A stretch of DNA of 64,000 nt, taken from positions 7,287,308 to 7,351,307 of the forward strand of contig MU063892.1 of NCBI GenBank assembly GCA_013265495.1, read 5' to 3'. Made by a program: the position numbers and the translations under genes. Source of the stretch: Vicugna vicugna (taxonomy: Eukaryota). Every line of letters begins with the position of its first letter. The first letter of the stretch is position 1. Below the pieces are notes generated by a model. The model was not told the origin of the DNA. It saw only the letters and a list, made by a program, of their open reading frames with translations, and made no database searches. This document shows positions 27,301 to 39,022 of this stretch, one piece after another.

Positions 27301-30300
27301 CCCCAGGGTGGATGGTGAGCCCAAGAATCAGCTGGACACTTTCAAGCCAGTCTGAGAGACCAGAGCAGGTCAGGAAGACACACTGTGGGCGGGATGCTGG
27401 CCGCCTGAGAGGCAGAAACACAAAGAGCAGCAAAGCCAGTGGGCGGCAGAGTCAGGAAGAGACCACAATGGGCCCCGGCTGACCGGAGATATCCCAATTG
27501 TTAACTCCAGCCCTCCGCCTGTTCCCATTACACTGCCATTCAGCCCTGCTGAAGCTTGAGGGTAGCTGGGCAGGAGGAGGGCAGCCCGGTTTAAGTGGCC
27601 ACCAGCCAGGAGCCCTGGGAGAGGAGCGTAGTACCCCAGCCCCCAAGCTCCTTTCACTCTTTCATTCACTCACCCAACAAATATCTGCTGGGCACCCACG
27701 ATGTTCTGTGCCCCCTGTCTGGCCCTGGGAGTAGGTTTGGCCAGCAGAGCCAAGCACCCTTCAGCCATGCCACACAAGGGAGTCCTTGGTCCTGGGTGGG
27801 GCAGATTCTCCCCTACTAGGGAGCAACCCTCGCCAGCCCCAGCCCGTGGGTAAGGCTGGATGTGTTCCTTGTCTACCACCTTCGCTGCCCCTAATTGAAC
27901 TCTCCACACATGTTGATTTGAAAGAGACAAACCTAGGAGTAATGAGCAATGTTAATCAGAGACCATTCTGCCAACAGAAGCTCCAGCTGAGGCCCCAAAT
28001 GCATCTCTTAAAAGCCTCTCTCAGGCCCTTGCTGCTGCAGCAAGTCTCTGGGGGCGCAAGGGGAGGCAGGCAGGGATGTGGGCACCAGGACTCAGGACAC
28101 TGGGTCTTACGGCTCCAACTCTGACAGCAGGAGAAGGAGTCATTGGACTTCAGCAAATCCCAGGACTCACAAGCCTGTCTGAGGAAGCAGGGGCAGGGGA
28201 GTAGATGAGGGCTCCACAAGTGCCCGAAAAGAAATCTAAGTGCTGGAACGTGCACCTTGAGTGCTCAGTGTCTCTGAGCCATTTCCTTCCCTCCCAGCAG
28301 CTCACAGGCTCCACGGAGAGCCACACGCGCTGTGCTGGCTGGCTGACACTGCCGGAGAAAGGCAAGACAGTCTGCACCAGAACACCTGCCCAGCAACCCA
28401 GGACAGGTACACGTGTGCTGCATGCACACGCACACACACACGCCCCTCTCTCATGCCAACCCAATAGGCTCCAATGACCTTGGTCACCTCGCCTGAGGAG
28501 AGGTGCTAGCCTTGGCCACTCAGCCCACCTCTGCAGGGAGAGGACACAGTCTCTACCCCCAGGGGGCCATGCCCGCACAAGGCTGTTGCTCACACGTGAC
28601 TCAGCATGTGGAAGGTTTCTCCACAACATTCCAAGGCCCAACACCACCCACCCTGACCAGCCACCACCCAGTGGAGGATGGTGCTCATCCTGCCTCTCAC
28701 TTCAAGCCTTGGGTTGGGGGCTCCAGGAGGGGACGATCCAACCAATGCCCAGCGGAGGCCCTCCCCTGAGGTGCAGCGACCAGATCAATGGGCGCTGTCC
28801 AGCTTTTCAGAGCGACCTCGGGGTCCACATGGGGATGTCAGGGGTGGGAAGGAACATAGAGGTTGCTCAGTCCCGGTTTCACAGTCAGAGAAACTGCAGC
28901 CCAGAAAAGGGCAGGGCCAGCTGAAGCCATACATGTCAGCAGCAGTGGAGCCAGGCCCCCACACTGCCCTCCGCCCTTCTTCCGCCCCATGACTCTCAAC
29001 CCCCACCCAACGCACAGACAGTTTGAAACCTTTTTCCTCCCTCCTTTCAGCAGGAGGCTGAGCAGACAGGCCAGGGTCCTGAGCTTGCAAGTCCCAGACT
29101 TGAGCGATGAGCACAACAGAATGAGGGTTTGGTTCTTATAATCAATCAGCATGTATTATTGAGGACAGCCCCCTACCAGCACCCCTCAAATCTGACTGGT
29201 CCTAGATTGTGTGAGCTGGGGATGGGCCGCTGTGTGAATGCTTGTGTGAGTCCATGGCATTCCCCCGAGGGATGGGGGAATGGTGTGGAGGGGAAGCTGG
29301 ATGTGAGGGAAAGAGCGAGGGCCGGGGCAGCAGGGAAGCCGAGGCCAGAGTCGCTGTAGTTCTCACCTGCCCACCTCCTGCAGGCACAGGGGGTCTCCCT
29401 GGAACACCAGGGTCCAAGCTGAACTTGCTCAGAAGGCCGCTCCTCACCCTGACCTTGGTCAGGCCCAGCCCACCCCCACGGGAGGGGCTGGCCCCAAGCG
29501 AGGTGACTTGCTTTTTCCCCTCAGTTGCCGCCCTGGCCAGTGGGCGGGAGAAAGCCAGAGGCAGAGAAGGAGAAGTTGTGAGTGACTTCCTGTGGAGCAG
29601 GGAGAGTGGAGGTTCTCACAATGCTTACGTTTCTAAGGAGGAAGAACAGGGGGGCACCGAGCACACAGGCCAGGTTTGCAAACAGGCAGGAAGTTTTCCT
29701 GGAGCAAAACCCGTCAAAACAGAATTCTTTCGCCGGGTAATATTTTCCTCCCTGCCCTTGTCACCCATGCTCAAACAGGTCTGGTGTTGTTTTCATAATC
29801 TGGGAGAGGAAATCAAACCCCTTTCAGCAGAGACCTGAGGCGCCAAACCAAACCACTCAATAGATACTCCCAGCTGGCTTCACGTTCCCCAGAGGAGGAG
29901 GAGGGCACCACGGCAAGTTTGGGGTAGAGACTCGCTTCATGCTCCTGCTTGCCAGCCCCTCGCCACACGTGCGCCAGCTTCTGCAGGCTCCGGACTGGGC
30001 GGTGAGGCTGAGGGAAAGAGCTATGGTCATTTGTCCCGGAACATGTGGTAAGTCTGGGGAGTAATTAGCATTGCTTGGGCACCTGGTGTGGGCCAGCCAT
30101 TTTGCATAAATGGCCTCGTTTAATCTTCACAACAACCCTCTGAGTTACTATTGGTATCCCCACTTACACAAGAGGAAACAGGTTCAGAGAGGTTGAGGAC
30201 CTTGCCTGAGGTCACACAAGTGGTAAGGGGCGGGGCCAAGATTTGAACACAAGTCTGTCTGAGCCCAGAGCTCTTCCCCCTCCACTCCATAGCCTCCTTG

Positions 30301-30470
30301 AAACCTCTCTGGAGCAGAAGCCTCCTGGCAAAACTCAGGGTGTACAGGGGGCCTGCCAGCCTAGAACGGAGCCGGGGTCTGAGAGCCTAACAGCACAGGG
30401 GCAGGGCCCAACCACACATCCCTTCCCTGCTGCCCAGGGGGAGTCCAGGGCATCTCAGGCACACGCTCAC

Positions 30471-30582
30471 CTTCCTGCAGCTTCACACTCTGGAGGTAGA
30501 GGGGGTTCCTCAGGACGTTGCAGCGGCCCGGCTCGTCCTCCTTGGTGAAGAGCAGCAGGTCAGAGTAGGCAAACAGCGTCAC
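30471..30582 (-). CDS. RGS3: RGS3 exon VTLFAYSDLLLFTKEDEPGRCNVLRNPLYLQSVKLQE, 112 nt
   Basis: Acceptor ctccccgtgcag|GTG, donor AAG|gtgagc; phase 0 to 1. Confidence 0.96.
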
Positions 30583-32180
30583 CTGCACGGGGAGACAGCA
30601 GAGCTGGTCCCAGAGGCCAGAAGCCACAGCCTCCCCTGGAGGCCTGAGTAACAAGTCCCTGTATCTCGGGCAGAACCAGAAGCAGATGCTCAGCGTGGCC
30701 TCAGCCAAAGGCAGAGAGACCTGACCTGCAGTCCAAGACTGCCCTTTGGCCCACTCCTCACAGTAGGAAAAAATAACAGAACAAAAACTCCCCTCATCCT
30801 GATCCGCACCCTCCATGCCACATCACCTCTGCCGGCCTCTCAACAGCCCAACACCCCACAGGCCCATCCACCTCTCTGACCAAATACCTCTGGAATCGCC
30901 AGCCCAGGGTGCTTGGCTTGGAACCACCCTTGAGCTGAAGGATGCGCCACATTTGCTTTCATTCTCCTCTAACTGGCTGGCTGAAAGAGCGCTGGATTTG
31001 GAGTCTAAAGTCCTGTCCTACTAAGTAGCCATGAAAACTTGGTTAAGTCCCCTGATTCCCCTTCGGCCTCAGTTTTCTCATCTGTGCAAACAAGAGGGAA
31101 AGTTCCTGCCCAGCCCCCACAGGCTTCTTTCACAAGCCCTGTGTAGACTGTGCATTGAAGTATCATGCAATGTGAGTATTCTTACCAAATTCCTTGCAGA
31201 TAATTTTAACTGCATTAATGCACAATCAGCTCAAGAAAAAGCCAGTTACTTACGCTCCAATACAGACACAAACAGAACTTTTATCTCTTTTATGCACTAG
31301 CTGCTCCAAAAATAAAGGAGACAGATATTTTTAGACATTATAGGTAAACCATGAGGCATGCTCAGCATATTTTTATGCTAAAAAAATTCACTTGATCCTC
31401 CTATGCCACTAAAGATTACACTGTTCTTTGTTTGGTAAATCTTGCAGTGGTCTTTACTCAAAAGCAATAAAATCTTATTTTAGATTCTCCGAAGAAAACA
31501 TAACATTATTAATTATGTGGACTTCCCTTTGAGGTGCCAAAATCTGACACTGCATCTCATCTAAAGTATGAAAAGCCAGCCGGAAGTTGGCACTGTGGTC
31601 AGGGCCACAGTGAGTGTGCACCAGAGTGATGCCGAAGTTTAAAAAGTCAACATGGTGACATTCAGCTGTCAGACTGTTAAAGATGGCCTAACAACTCCAC
31701 CTCTGAGGCTCTAGCCTATAGAAATACTTACAGGGACATAAAAACATGAATATGTAAAGATGTTCTTGGCAGCATTTTTATAATTTAAAAAAATAACACA
31801 AACATCCATCAGAAGAGTGTGGATAAAATAAATTATGCTACCTTCATAGGGTAGAATTTTATTATTATTAAATTATTAATGAATTTATTAATAATTTATT
31901 AAGAAATCATTAAAAGAATAAAGTAGTGCTATATGGGCAGAAAAGGAAATCTGTCCATCATAAGTCAAAATGGCGCAGTGTCCAAAAATACCTAGTGTAT
32001 GGTCCAACTTTGTGAAACAAAACTGTAAATCTGTCTATATTTATACATTTTTTTAAATGTCTAAGATACCACACTCTTCACTGCGGGGAATGGGATTTTT
32101 ACTTCATACATTTATGTTTAATTTGCATCATTTCCCAGTGAGAATCTGTTACTTCTATAATTTAAAAATATATAAATGCT

Positions 32181-32259
32181 GGAGGGAGGGTATAGCTCAG
32201 TGGTAGAGTGCTTGCACAAGGTCCTGGGTTCCATCCCCAGTGCCTCCATTAAAAAAAAA

Positions 32260-32308
<49 letters not shown>

Positions 32309-32365
32309 TATTTATATATAAAATCTAATTACCTCCCCCACCCCCCAAAAAAATTTTAAATAAAT
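32181..32365 (+). mobile_element. tRNA-derived SINE (camelid vic-1-like) with internal (TA)n(CA)n microsatellite
   Basis: ggagggTATAGCTCAGTGGTAGAG...GGGTTCCATCCCCAGT (A and B boxes), poly(A), microsatellite at about 32261-32320, then a ctaattacctcccc...A-tail terminus. Confidence 0.8.
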
Positions 32366-33279
32366 ACATGTTTTTCAAAGGACTAGTCTGGCACACAGAG
32401 ATTTGAGGAAAGCTGGGCCACAGGGACAATAAGGGGCATCCTTGAGCAGGAGGCTCTCAGGGCCTCTGGCTTCTCCAGTAAGGATCAAACACAAACGCTC
32501 CTGAACCCTGGGCTGCAAGGGATCTCAGTGGTGACTCTCTCCAACCCCCTTCCCACCACAGCCCTGACCCAACATGCCCATGGAAGCCTCCATTTGTTGA
32601 GCACTTACTTTCTGCTGAGTGGAGCCTCATTTGTAAAGAACACTATCACCCTCATTTATAGATGAGACCCCTATAGCTCCAGAGACCACTGCCCAGGTCA
32701 GCCCCGAGGCTCTCACAATATGGCGAGGTAGCAATGCCTACAGTTGTCCTGCCTCTGAATGTGAAAGAATCCAAGCAGGGACCAGAAAAGAGGAGCAAAG
32801 GAGACAAGAACATGAAGTTAAGGGAGGGGAAGGAAATGATCGGAGAGTTCAGAAGGATCTGAGGGGCTGGCTGTCTGAGAAGAAGACTTCAACGTCCAAG
32901 CCGCGGAAGGGAGAAGGATCTACACTAGCCGAATGCAAGGCAAACCCTCAGGCTCCTATGACCTACTCGAGGGAAACCCGGAAGTGCCTCCAACCCACAG
33001 GGAAGCTGGCAGGGGAGGGGTCAGAGGAGACAGTCTATCAGGAGCCGAAAAGTCAAAAAATGGCCCAGGCCCAGAGAAAGCTGGATGGAGGGCAAGTGGA
33101 GAAGAGCCAAGAGCAAGGTGAGAAAAGACCAGGCTGCTGCTCTGGTCCGGATTCCCAGAACTGAGAACGTGGTCTAGACAGGAAGTGATTAAGACCTGAA
33201 TGAAGAATTTCCCCAAAAGCGGGTCAGGGAAAGGACAGAGCTGGCACACAGTGGGAGGCAGGGCAGAGAGGCAAGCGTG

Positions 33280-33293
33280 CCAGCAGAGGGCAG
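33280..33293 (+). promoter_or_regulatory. Candidate CTCF site
   Basis: CCAGCAGAGGGCAG fully matches the core CCASYAGRKGGCRS; sequence match only. Confidence 0.3.
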
Positions 33294-34493
33294 ATGGGCC
33301 CCTCCCCCTTCTCACCAGCATCCTGCTGGCCTTGCTCCAACAGGAGCCATAGCGGCCCACAGTGCCATGATGCCCATCCCCATGGCCCAGTTACCTGCTG
33401 TCTTCCACAGCAGGCCACGGGGGCCACCAGGCGTCTTCCCTACACTTGCTCCATGGACACACCTGTTTTCCCAAAGAGTGACGAGTTGAGGGATTGCTCA
33501 GTTAGGAAATTTGTGCAACTTAAAGGGTCACTTCCCCCAAGGGCCCTAACTGAGCTTCTTCCCAGGAATCCTGCCCAAGGGCAGAGTTTGCAGAAAAGAC
33601 CTCAGTGCCTTAGTTAATGGTAAACCCAATGAGTCAGTGTGTAAGTGAGGGTGTGTCTGCCTTGTGCCCCACAGGACTCCTGGAGCTTCCAGTGCAGGCC
33701 TGGCTACATTGCAGATGCTCAATAACCATGATCTGAATGTAGAAATGAGGCTGTGCCAAAACGCTGATTTGATCTCAGGGCACATTAATCAAGTCTGTGA
33801 CTTCTGGGAGGGGGTGTGGTGAGGACAGTTTGTGGTGTGGGACTGCATCAGCTCATGCAGCCTGCCCAGAGAAGAGATGGGACAAAGAACCAAGGGGGGA
33901 CATTCCAGGAATAAGGATTTCTGTTGAGCACCAGGGAGAACTTTCCACAATTTAGCACTCTCTAGTAATAAAACTACTGTCTGGAGGTGCTGTCTCTGCA
34001 GACTTAAGAACAGGCTGGAAAACAATCAGCTGGAAAGTTACAGAGAAGCAATCAGAATTGGGCTAATGGGCTCCTGAGGGCCCAGCCATTGCTGCGATTC
34101 TTCAAACTTGTCCAAACTCCTCTCGAATTGGTTTATATTTTTGGCCTGAATAACGTGACAGGGTACCAAGATCCACACATTTGCTTCCCATCAAATTTCA
34201 AGAAAAGGAAATGTATTTATTTTCACTTGTCTTCAGATCACTTCTTTCAGTCTTCAAAAGGGGTCTCTTAGTTCTAGGGCTCCAAAGATCTAATTAGGCA
34301 AAGATCTTTTGGGTAGATTACAACTATCATCAGGCTGTCACTTTAGCTTGTGATTGTTAGTTTATTTTTAAACAAACACACCAGAGGCAGCATGGGATCC
34401 TGGGAAGCACTGCTGAGCCAGAGATCCTGAGTGCTAATCACGGCTCCATCCTTCAGGATCCTTGAGACCCTGGGGCCCTAGCTAATCTCACTG

Positions 34494-34903
34494 TGCAATG
34501 GAATAGGACCCTATATGGCCTTCCAGGGTCCAATCCCTCCCCCGTATCCTCTGTTTTAGCTCCTCTCTGAAGTACCTAGTATCTGATGCATATTTCCTGA
34601 GTTTCCCAGATGCGAAAACTACCAGGGAATGGAAGAAATTACTACCCCATGATCATAAGCATGGCCCCTAGACCTTCTGGCCCCTAAGGATTGATCACCA
34701 TTAACCAATAAGAGAATTGTATGAGCTGATCACATACCCTGGGACACTCTGCCCTCATCCTGCCTTTAAAATGCTTTGCTGAAACCTTAGGGGACATTTC
34801 AGGGTTTGGGGGACACAGCCACCTGTTCTCCTTGTTCTGCTCCAAACTCTGTTTCAGTTTGGCCTCACTGCGCATCGGGCACATGAACTTGCGTTCAGTA
34901 ACA
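34494..34903 (+). mobile_element. Solo LTR (probably ERV1 class), 410 bp, inserted into a MIR
   Basis: Starts TG and ends CA (...gaacttgcgttcagtaaca), with a 4-bp ACTG direct repeat on each side (34490-34493, 34904-34907). The flanks rejoin into a continuous MIR (ctaatctcactg|gagcctcagtttc). Confidence 0.75.
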
Positions 34904-36425
34904 ACTGGAGCCTCAGTTTCTTCCCATTTGAATGGGGACAAATGTGCCTCTCATGGGGGAGCTGCAAGAGTTAACTGGGATCAATTATGGAAACACACAC
35001 ACACACTGAGGATATATAAAAGGTGCTCAATATCTGCAGCCTTAATGGAGTGAGTAGGGGAACAAAAGAGCACATTGAGACAAAAGTATGCGTTTCAGGG
35101 TGGCTGCCATCTCCAACTGCCTCCTCTGAGTCTTGTGAATTTATAGCCACACCTCAGTTTCTGACCCTTGGCTACCTGACTTAGCCCCACCACACACTTA
35201 CTCACCAAGCACAGCTCCAAGTGACTTCTTGTTCCCCAAACTCAAATCCCCCACAACAGATGAAGTTTTACTCCTGTGGAGGCAATTCAGAAGCTATGCC
35301 AAGGTTCTTAAGAAAGTTCCCGAAGAGGACGTCCACAAATGTGGTAAGCAAGGCCACGGTGGCAGAAATAAGCCTACAGTCTCCCCAGGGAGCTCCCCTG
35401 AGAGAAACAATGCTCATTTGGAAAGTATGAGTTCTGGTCTGCTTGTTTGAAAAATAAAAGAAGAGCAGCCTGCTTTAGCCACAATTACACATACTGTCCC
35501 AGAATGCTGAGGCTGAGAGGGCCTTCAGAGATCAGCCAACCTCAGATCCTGCCCTTGCTGCCTCAAATACACACACCCCCAACTGTTCAGATGGGAAGAC
35601 TGAGGAAGAAGACCGAAGTCCTAAGTGAGCCAGCAGTAGAGTGAGAGCTGGCTATCTGCTTTCTGCCTCCAAGTTTCCTGATCTTTCCACAACCCTAATC
35701 TGCCACTCGACTCAGCCACGCCGCCAGCTCTGAATCAGGGCCTGATCGGCAGAAGGCCCCCACCCTCTCTTCAAGGCCCCCAGGTAGCCCAGCCAGATCC
35801 CAGGGCTCCAGCTTCTGCTCCCAAGTAGATTTAAACTCACAAGACTGAGCCGGAACCTGGCCAGCTCTGGGGACTGTGTGGGCGAGTGAAATTCCCCCAG
35901 TTAGAGATAAGCAGGGGCCAGCTCCCAGGAAGAACACCATGACCTCCACACCCAGGCCTCTGCTGGCAGAGCTGGAGCCCAAAGAGAAATCACAGACTTA
36001 TTCCTCAGAAGAGGATTTGGAAACCCAGGGAACTGATGCTCCTCTAACAATTCTCTTTGGCTAACAGCTTTAATCTTGTCACCCACGAAGCCATTCGTCA
36101 CAGCTGGGGTGAACTGCTGTCTTTTCTGCTCCTCAGAGGAAGTGGGGAAAAACAGTGGAATGTCATTAGGGGTTGGGAAAACTTTCTAACCATCAAAGAT
36201 GGACTATATATTTTTGAGAGGCAGTGAGTTCCCCACACTGGAAATACACAAGAAAAAGCTGGGTAGCCATTTGGTAAGAGGACACGTGGAAGACTTTTCA
36301 GGTCTCTTCTACCCTGATTGTACAATTCTAAGACTGTCAGGAAGAGAGGAAAGTTAGAGGCCTGGAGGATGGCTGATGAAGCCCACCAGAAAAACCCACC
36401 TGGGAAATGCGAGTATAAGTCTTAC

Positions 36426-36509
36426 CTCGGCAGCCTTGTTCCTCCCCTCGTACAACAGCAACTCCTCTGACAACAGGAGGGTCCGGGCAGGGTTACAAAG
36501 ATCTAAAGG
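36426..36509 (-). CDS. RGS3: RGS3 exon PLDLCNPARTLLLSEELLLYEGRNKAAE, 84 nt
   Basis: Acceptor ctttgtttccag|CCT, donor GAG|gtaaga; phase 0 to 0. Confidence 0.96.
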
Positions 36510-37179
36510 CTGGAAACAAAGAGGACAGTTCAAAGAGGCCGGGTGGAGATGGGGGGTGGGGGTGGGGGGAGGCCGCATGCCAAAGCCAGCCACAGAAGAC
36601 TGCCAGCCCTGCCCCCACGCCCCAAGAATCCACACGCCCCCTCATACACAGACAGAAACAGAAAGACAGAGACACTCATCCTGGGCGGGACTGCTGCTGC
36701 TACCTTCCCCACCAACCCTCACTGCAAGAGCTACACTTGCTGCAGGAAGTCCAACCACATGGTCGGGGCCTTTGCCGTCCTCCCCCCACCCCCAGCTTCC
36801 CCAGTGCACTGAGCTCCCGGGCCCTCCCGGCCCCCACTCTCCCCCATCAGTCCTCTCCATGCTGACAGGCCCAGGCTCTCAGGATACCTCTGGCCACATC
36901 CTGAGAACTTCATGGCAGACCTGGTTACTTGAGTTCCTTCAAGGCCAGGCCAGTCCCTATTCTACATTCATAACACGCTTGAGTTCACAGAGTGCTTCTC
37001 AGCCATCAGTTCCCAGGGATCGATTCTCACCCAAGCCTTACCCACCCCACGACCCTGCCCCAGACCCACTGCAGAGCCCCGTCCCCAACTCAGCCTAAGG
37101 AAAGCTCCCTAAGCACTGGACTACCCAGCAGTTCTCATCCTCGTGAGTGCATATTTATAACATGGCTTCTAGGCACCTG

Positions 37180-38350
37180 ACACCAAGCAAGGTGCTGGAC
37201 TTAAGATAACAAAACAAATGTCAACTACACACAACCAGCTGGATGGATCTTACAAGTAATGTGAGGCAAAAGAAGCAAGGCCCAAATACGAGTTATGGTT
37301 TCATCAAACAATATTCAAAAAGAGGTCATTTAAGAAAGCACAGATAAATGGTAAAACTAAAGAAAAGCAAGGAAATTATCACATAGTCAGGCTAGTGGGT
37401 ACATCTGGTGGGGAGGAGGGCACTGTAACCAGGAAGCAAGGCAGAGAGCCTCTAGAGTGGTGGCAATGGTCTATTCCTTTATGATGTTAGTTGGTATCTG
37501 CTTCACAATTGCTTGCTAAACTGTACACTTAAGTTATGCCATTTTTGGCTTTTAGATTTTACAACTTAGAAGTTTTTATAACTTTTAAAAACTGATTTTA
37601 ATTTTTTCTGTAAAAATTTAAACATTAAAACAAAAAATAAGCTCTGTGGATGCCAAGACCTTTGTGGCTACATCTCAAGAAAGAGGAGAGACCCAGAAAA
37701 AGGCAAAGGGCAGACCCTGCCCATGGAGTTGTCTGGGGAAAGGCGTGCCACCTGCCAGAGATGCGTCACGTCCTAAAAAGTATGCGTTCTGAGATTTACT
37801 GGCCAGTGACAGACCCAGAATGGGATGCCAAGGAGACCAGAGAAAGAAGGCATGGTTAGAAATGAAACCCTTGGGATCATGTCCCCTCAAAGTTGCTGAT
37901 GAGGATAAATTCATAGACTTTCTGGAAGGCAATTTGTCAAAATATGTATAAAGAGCCTTTCAGATGTTTATGCCCCATGACGCGGTCATTTCACTTCTAG
38001 GAATCTCTCCCAACAAAAATAATCTGAGAGGCAATTCATGCAAGAAGATTTTCATCATAGAGTTATTTACAGTAGCAAAAGAGTAGACATAACACAAGTG
38101 TCCGAACAGAGAACTGCTTAAGTAAATATGGTACATCCATATAATAGTGTGCAACCACTATAAAACACAGACTCAAAGAATATTTAATGATGTAGGAAAT
38201 AAATGTTTATGCTGCAATTTTTGTTTCAAAGAGGCAACAGGATATAATATGTACAATAAGATCTGTTTGGCTTTTTTAATATGTATATGCACACAGAAAA
38301 GATACCTAAGTGCTCACATTGGTTACCTCTGGGTGATAGAATAAATAAAG
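37180..38350 (+). mobile_element. Old L1ME/L1MC-type 3' fragments (two pieces)
   Basis: gatggatcttacaagtaat...gtgaggcaaaagaagc...ctaaactgtacactt and tttcacttctaggaatctctccc...aaatatggtacatccatataat. Confidence 0.55.
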
Positions 38351-38825
38351 GTTTGGAAATGTGGAGAAAGAGAGGAAGAAATGGGAAAAGTAGGAGAGGA
38401 GAGAGCTATACAGATCTCAGGCCACCAGCTAATACTGGCCAGACATGTTTGCTAAGACCGAGGGGACCAGACAAGATGCCAGACCTCGAGGCTCTCCTTC
38501 GGTCATCACCAAACAAGAAAGCACTGGAGGCGCCAGGAGATAGGAGCCTCGGCACTCAGGCTGGTACGTGTCTGCTTGTCCCCACGCAGAGAGAAAGGGG
38601 AGGTCGGAGGGACAGGGAGGAGGCCCCTTGTTGGGTAAGCTTCCTCCTGGAAACCTCTGCTCCCTTGGTGTGACCCCCAGAATCCTAAGCCCCTGAAGCT
38701 AATCGTCTTTCCCAAAAGGGGGCCCTCAGTCCTAGACTGAGGTACCATCCCACAGTCCCAGGGCAAAGGACCCTCTTCTTTCTCACCTCCTCCAGAGGGA
38801 GACCTGAGGTCGGCCATCAGCTCAC

Positions 38826-39022
38826 CTGAACGAAGACGGGGAACACCAGGACCTTGGGGGCCAGAGTGACATAGGTGCCATAGCTTGAGTGCGGGGTGTG
38901 CGGCCTCATGACAGGGCAGTTCTGGTAGTTTCCATGGCCCTTCATGGTCTGCACCGTCTTCATCAGGCGGCACTTCTTCCCCAGGCCTGTGTAAGACTTC
39001 CCTTTAGTGGGACTCCCTGATT
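38826..39022 (-). CDS. RGS3: RGS3 exon (E)SGSPTKGKSYTGLGKK...APKVLVFPVFVQ, 197 nt
   Basis: Acceptor ctgttccacag|AATC, donor CAG|gtgagc; phase 1 to 0. Confidence 0.96.

Noticed and set aside
30583-30816. 78-codon open frame with ATG upstream of the VTLFAY exon (similar case at 36510-36635)
   Set aside because: A strong acceptor explains the exon start, and in-frame intronic run-ins of this length are common in GC-rich DNA. No promoter evidence.
31869-31898. 12-bp inverted repeat taaattattaat/attaataattta
   Set aside because: A/T-only low-complexity sequence inside a decayed L1; expected by chance.
32181-32250. Possible tRNA genes (also 3260-3330) and antisense ORF 32118-32309
   Set aside because: The cloverleaf is broken and both end in A-rich tails, so they are SINEs. 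The ORF is microsatellite plus SINE read backwards.
36376-37098. Longest gap-free ORF (240 aa, + strand)
   Set aside because: Pro/Gly/Ser-rich low-complexity translation that overlaps an RGS3 exon antisense; no recognisable domain.
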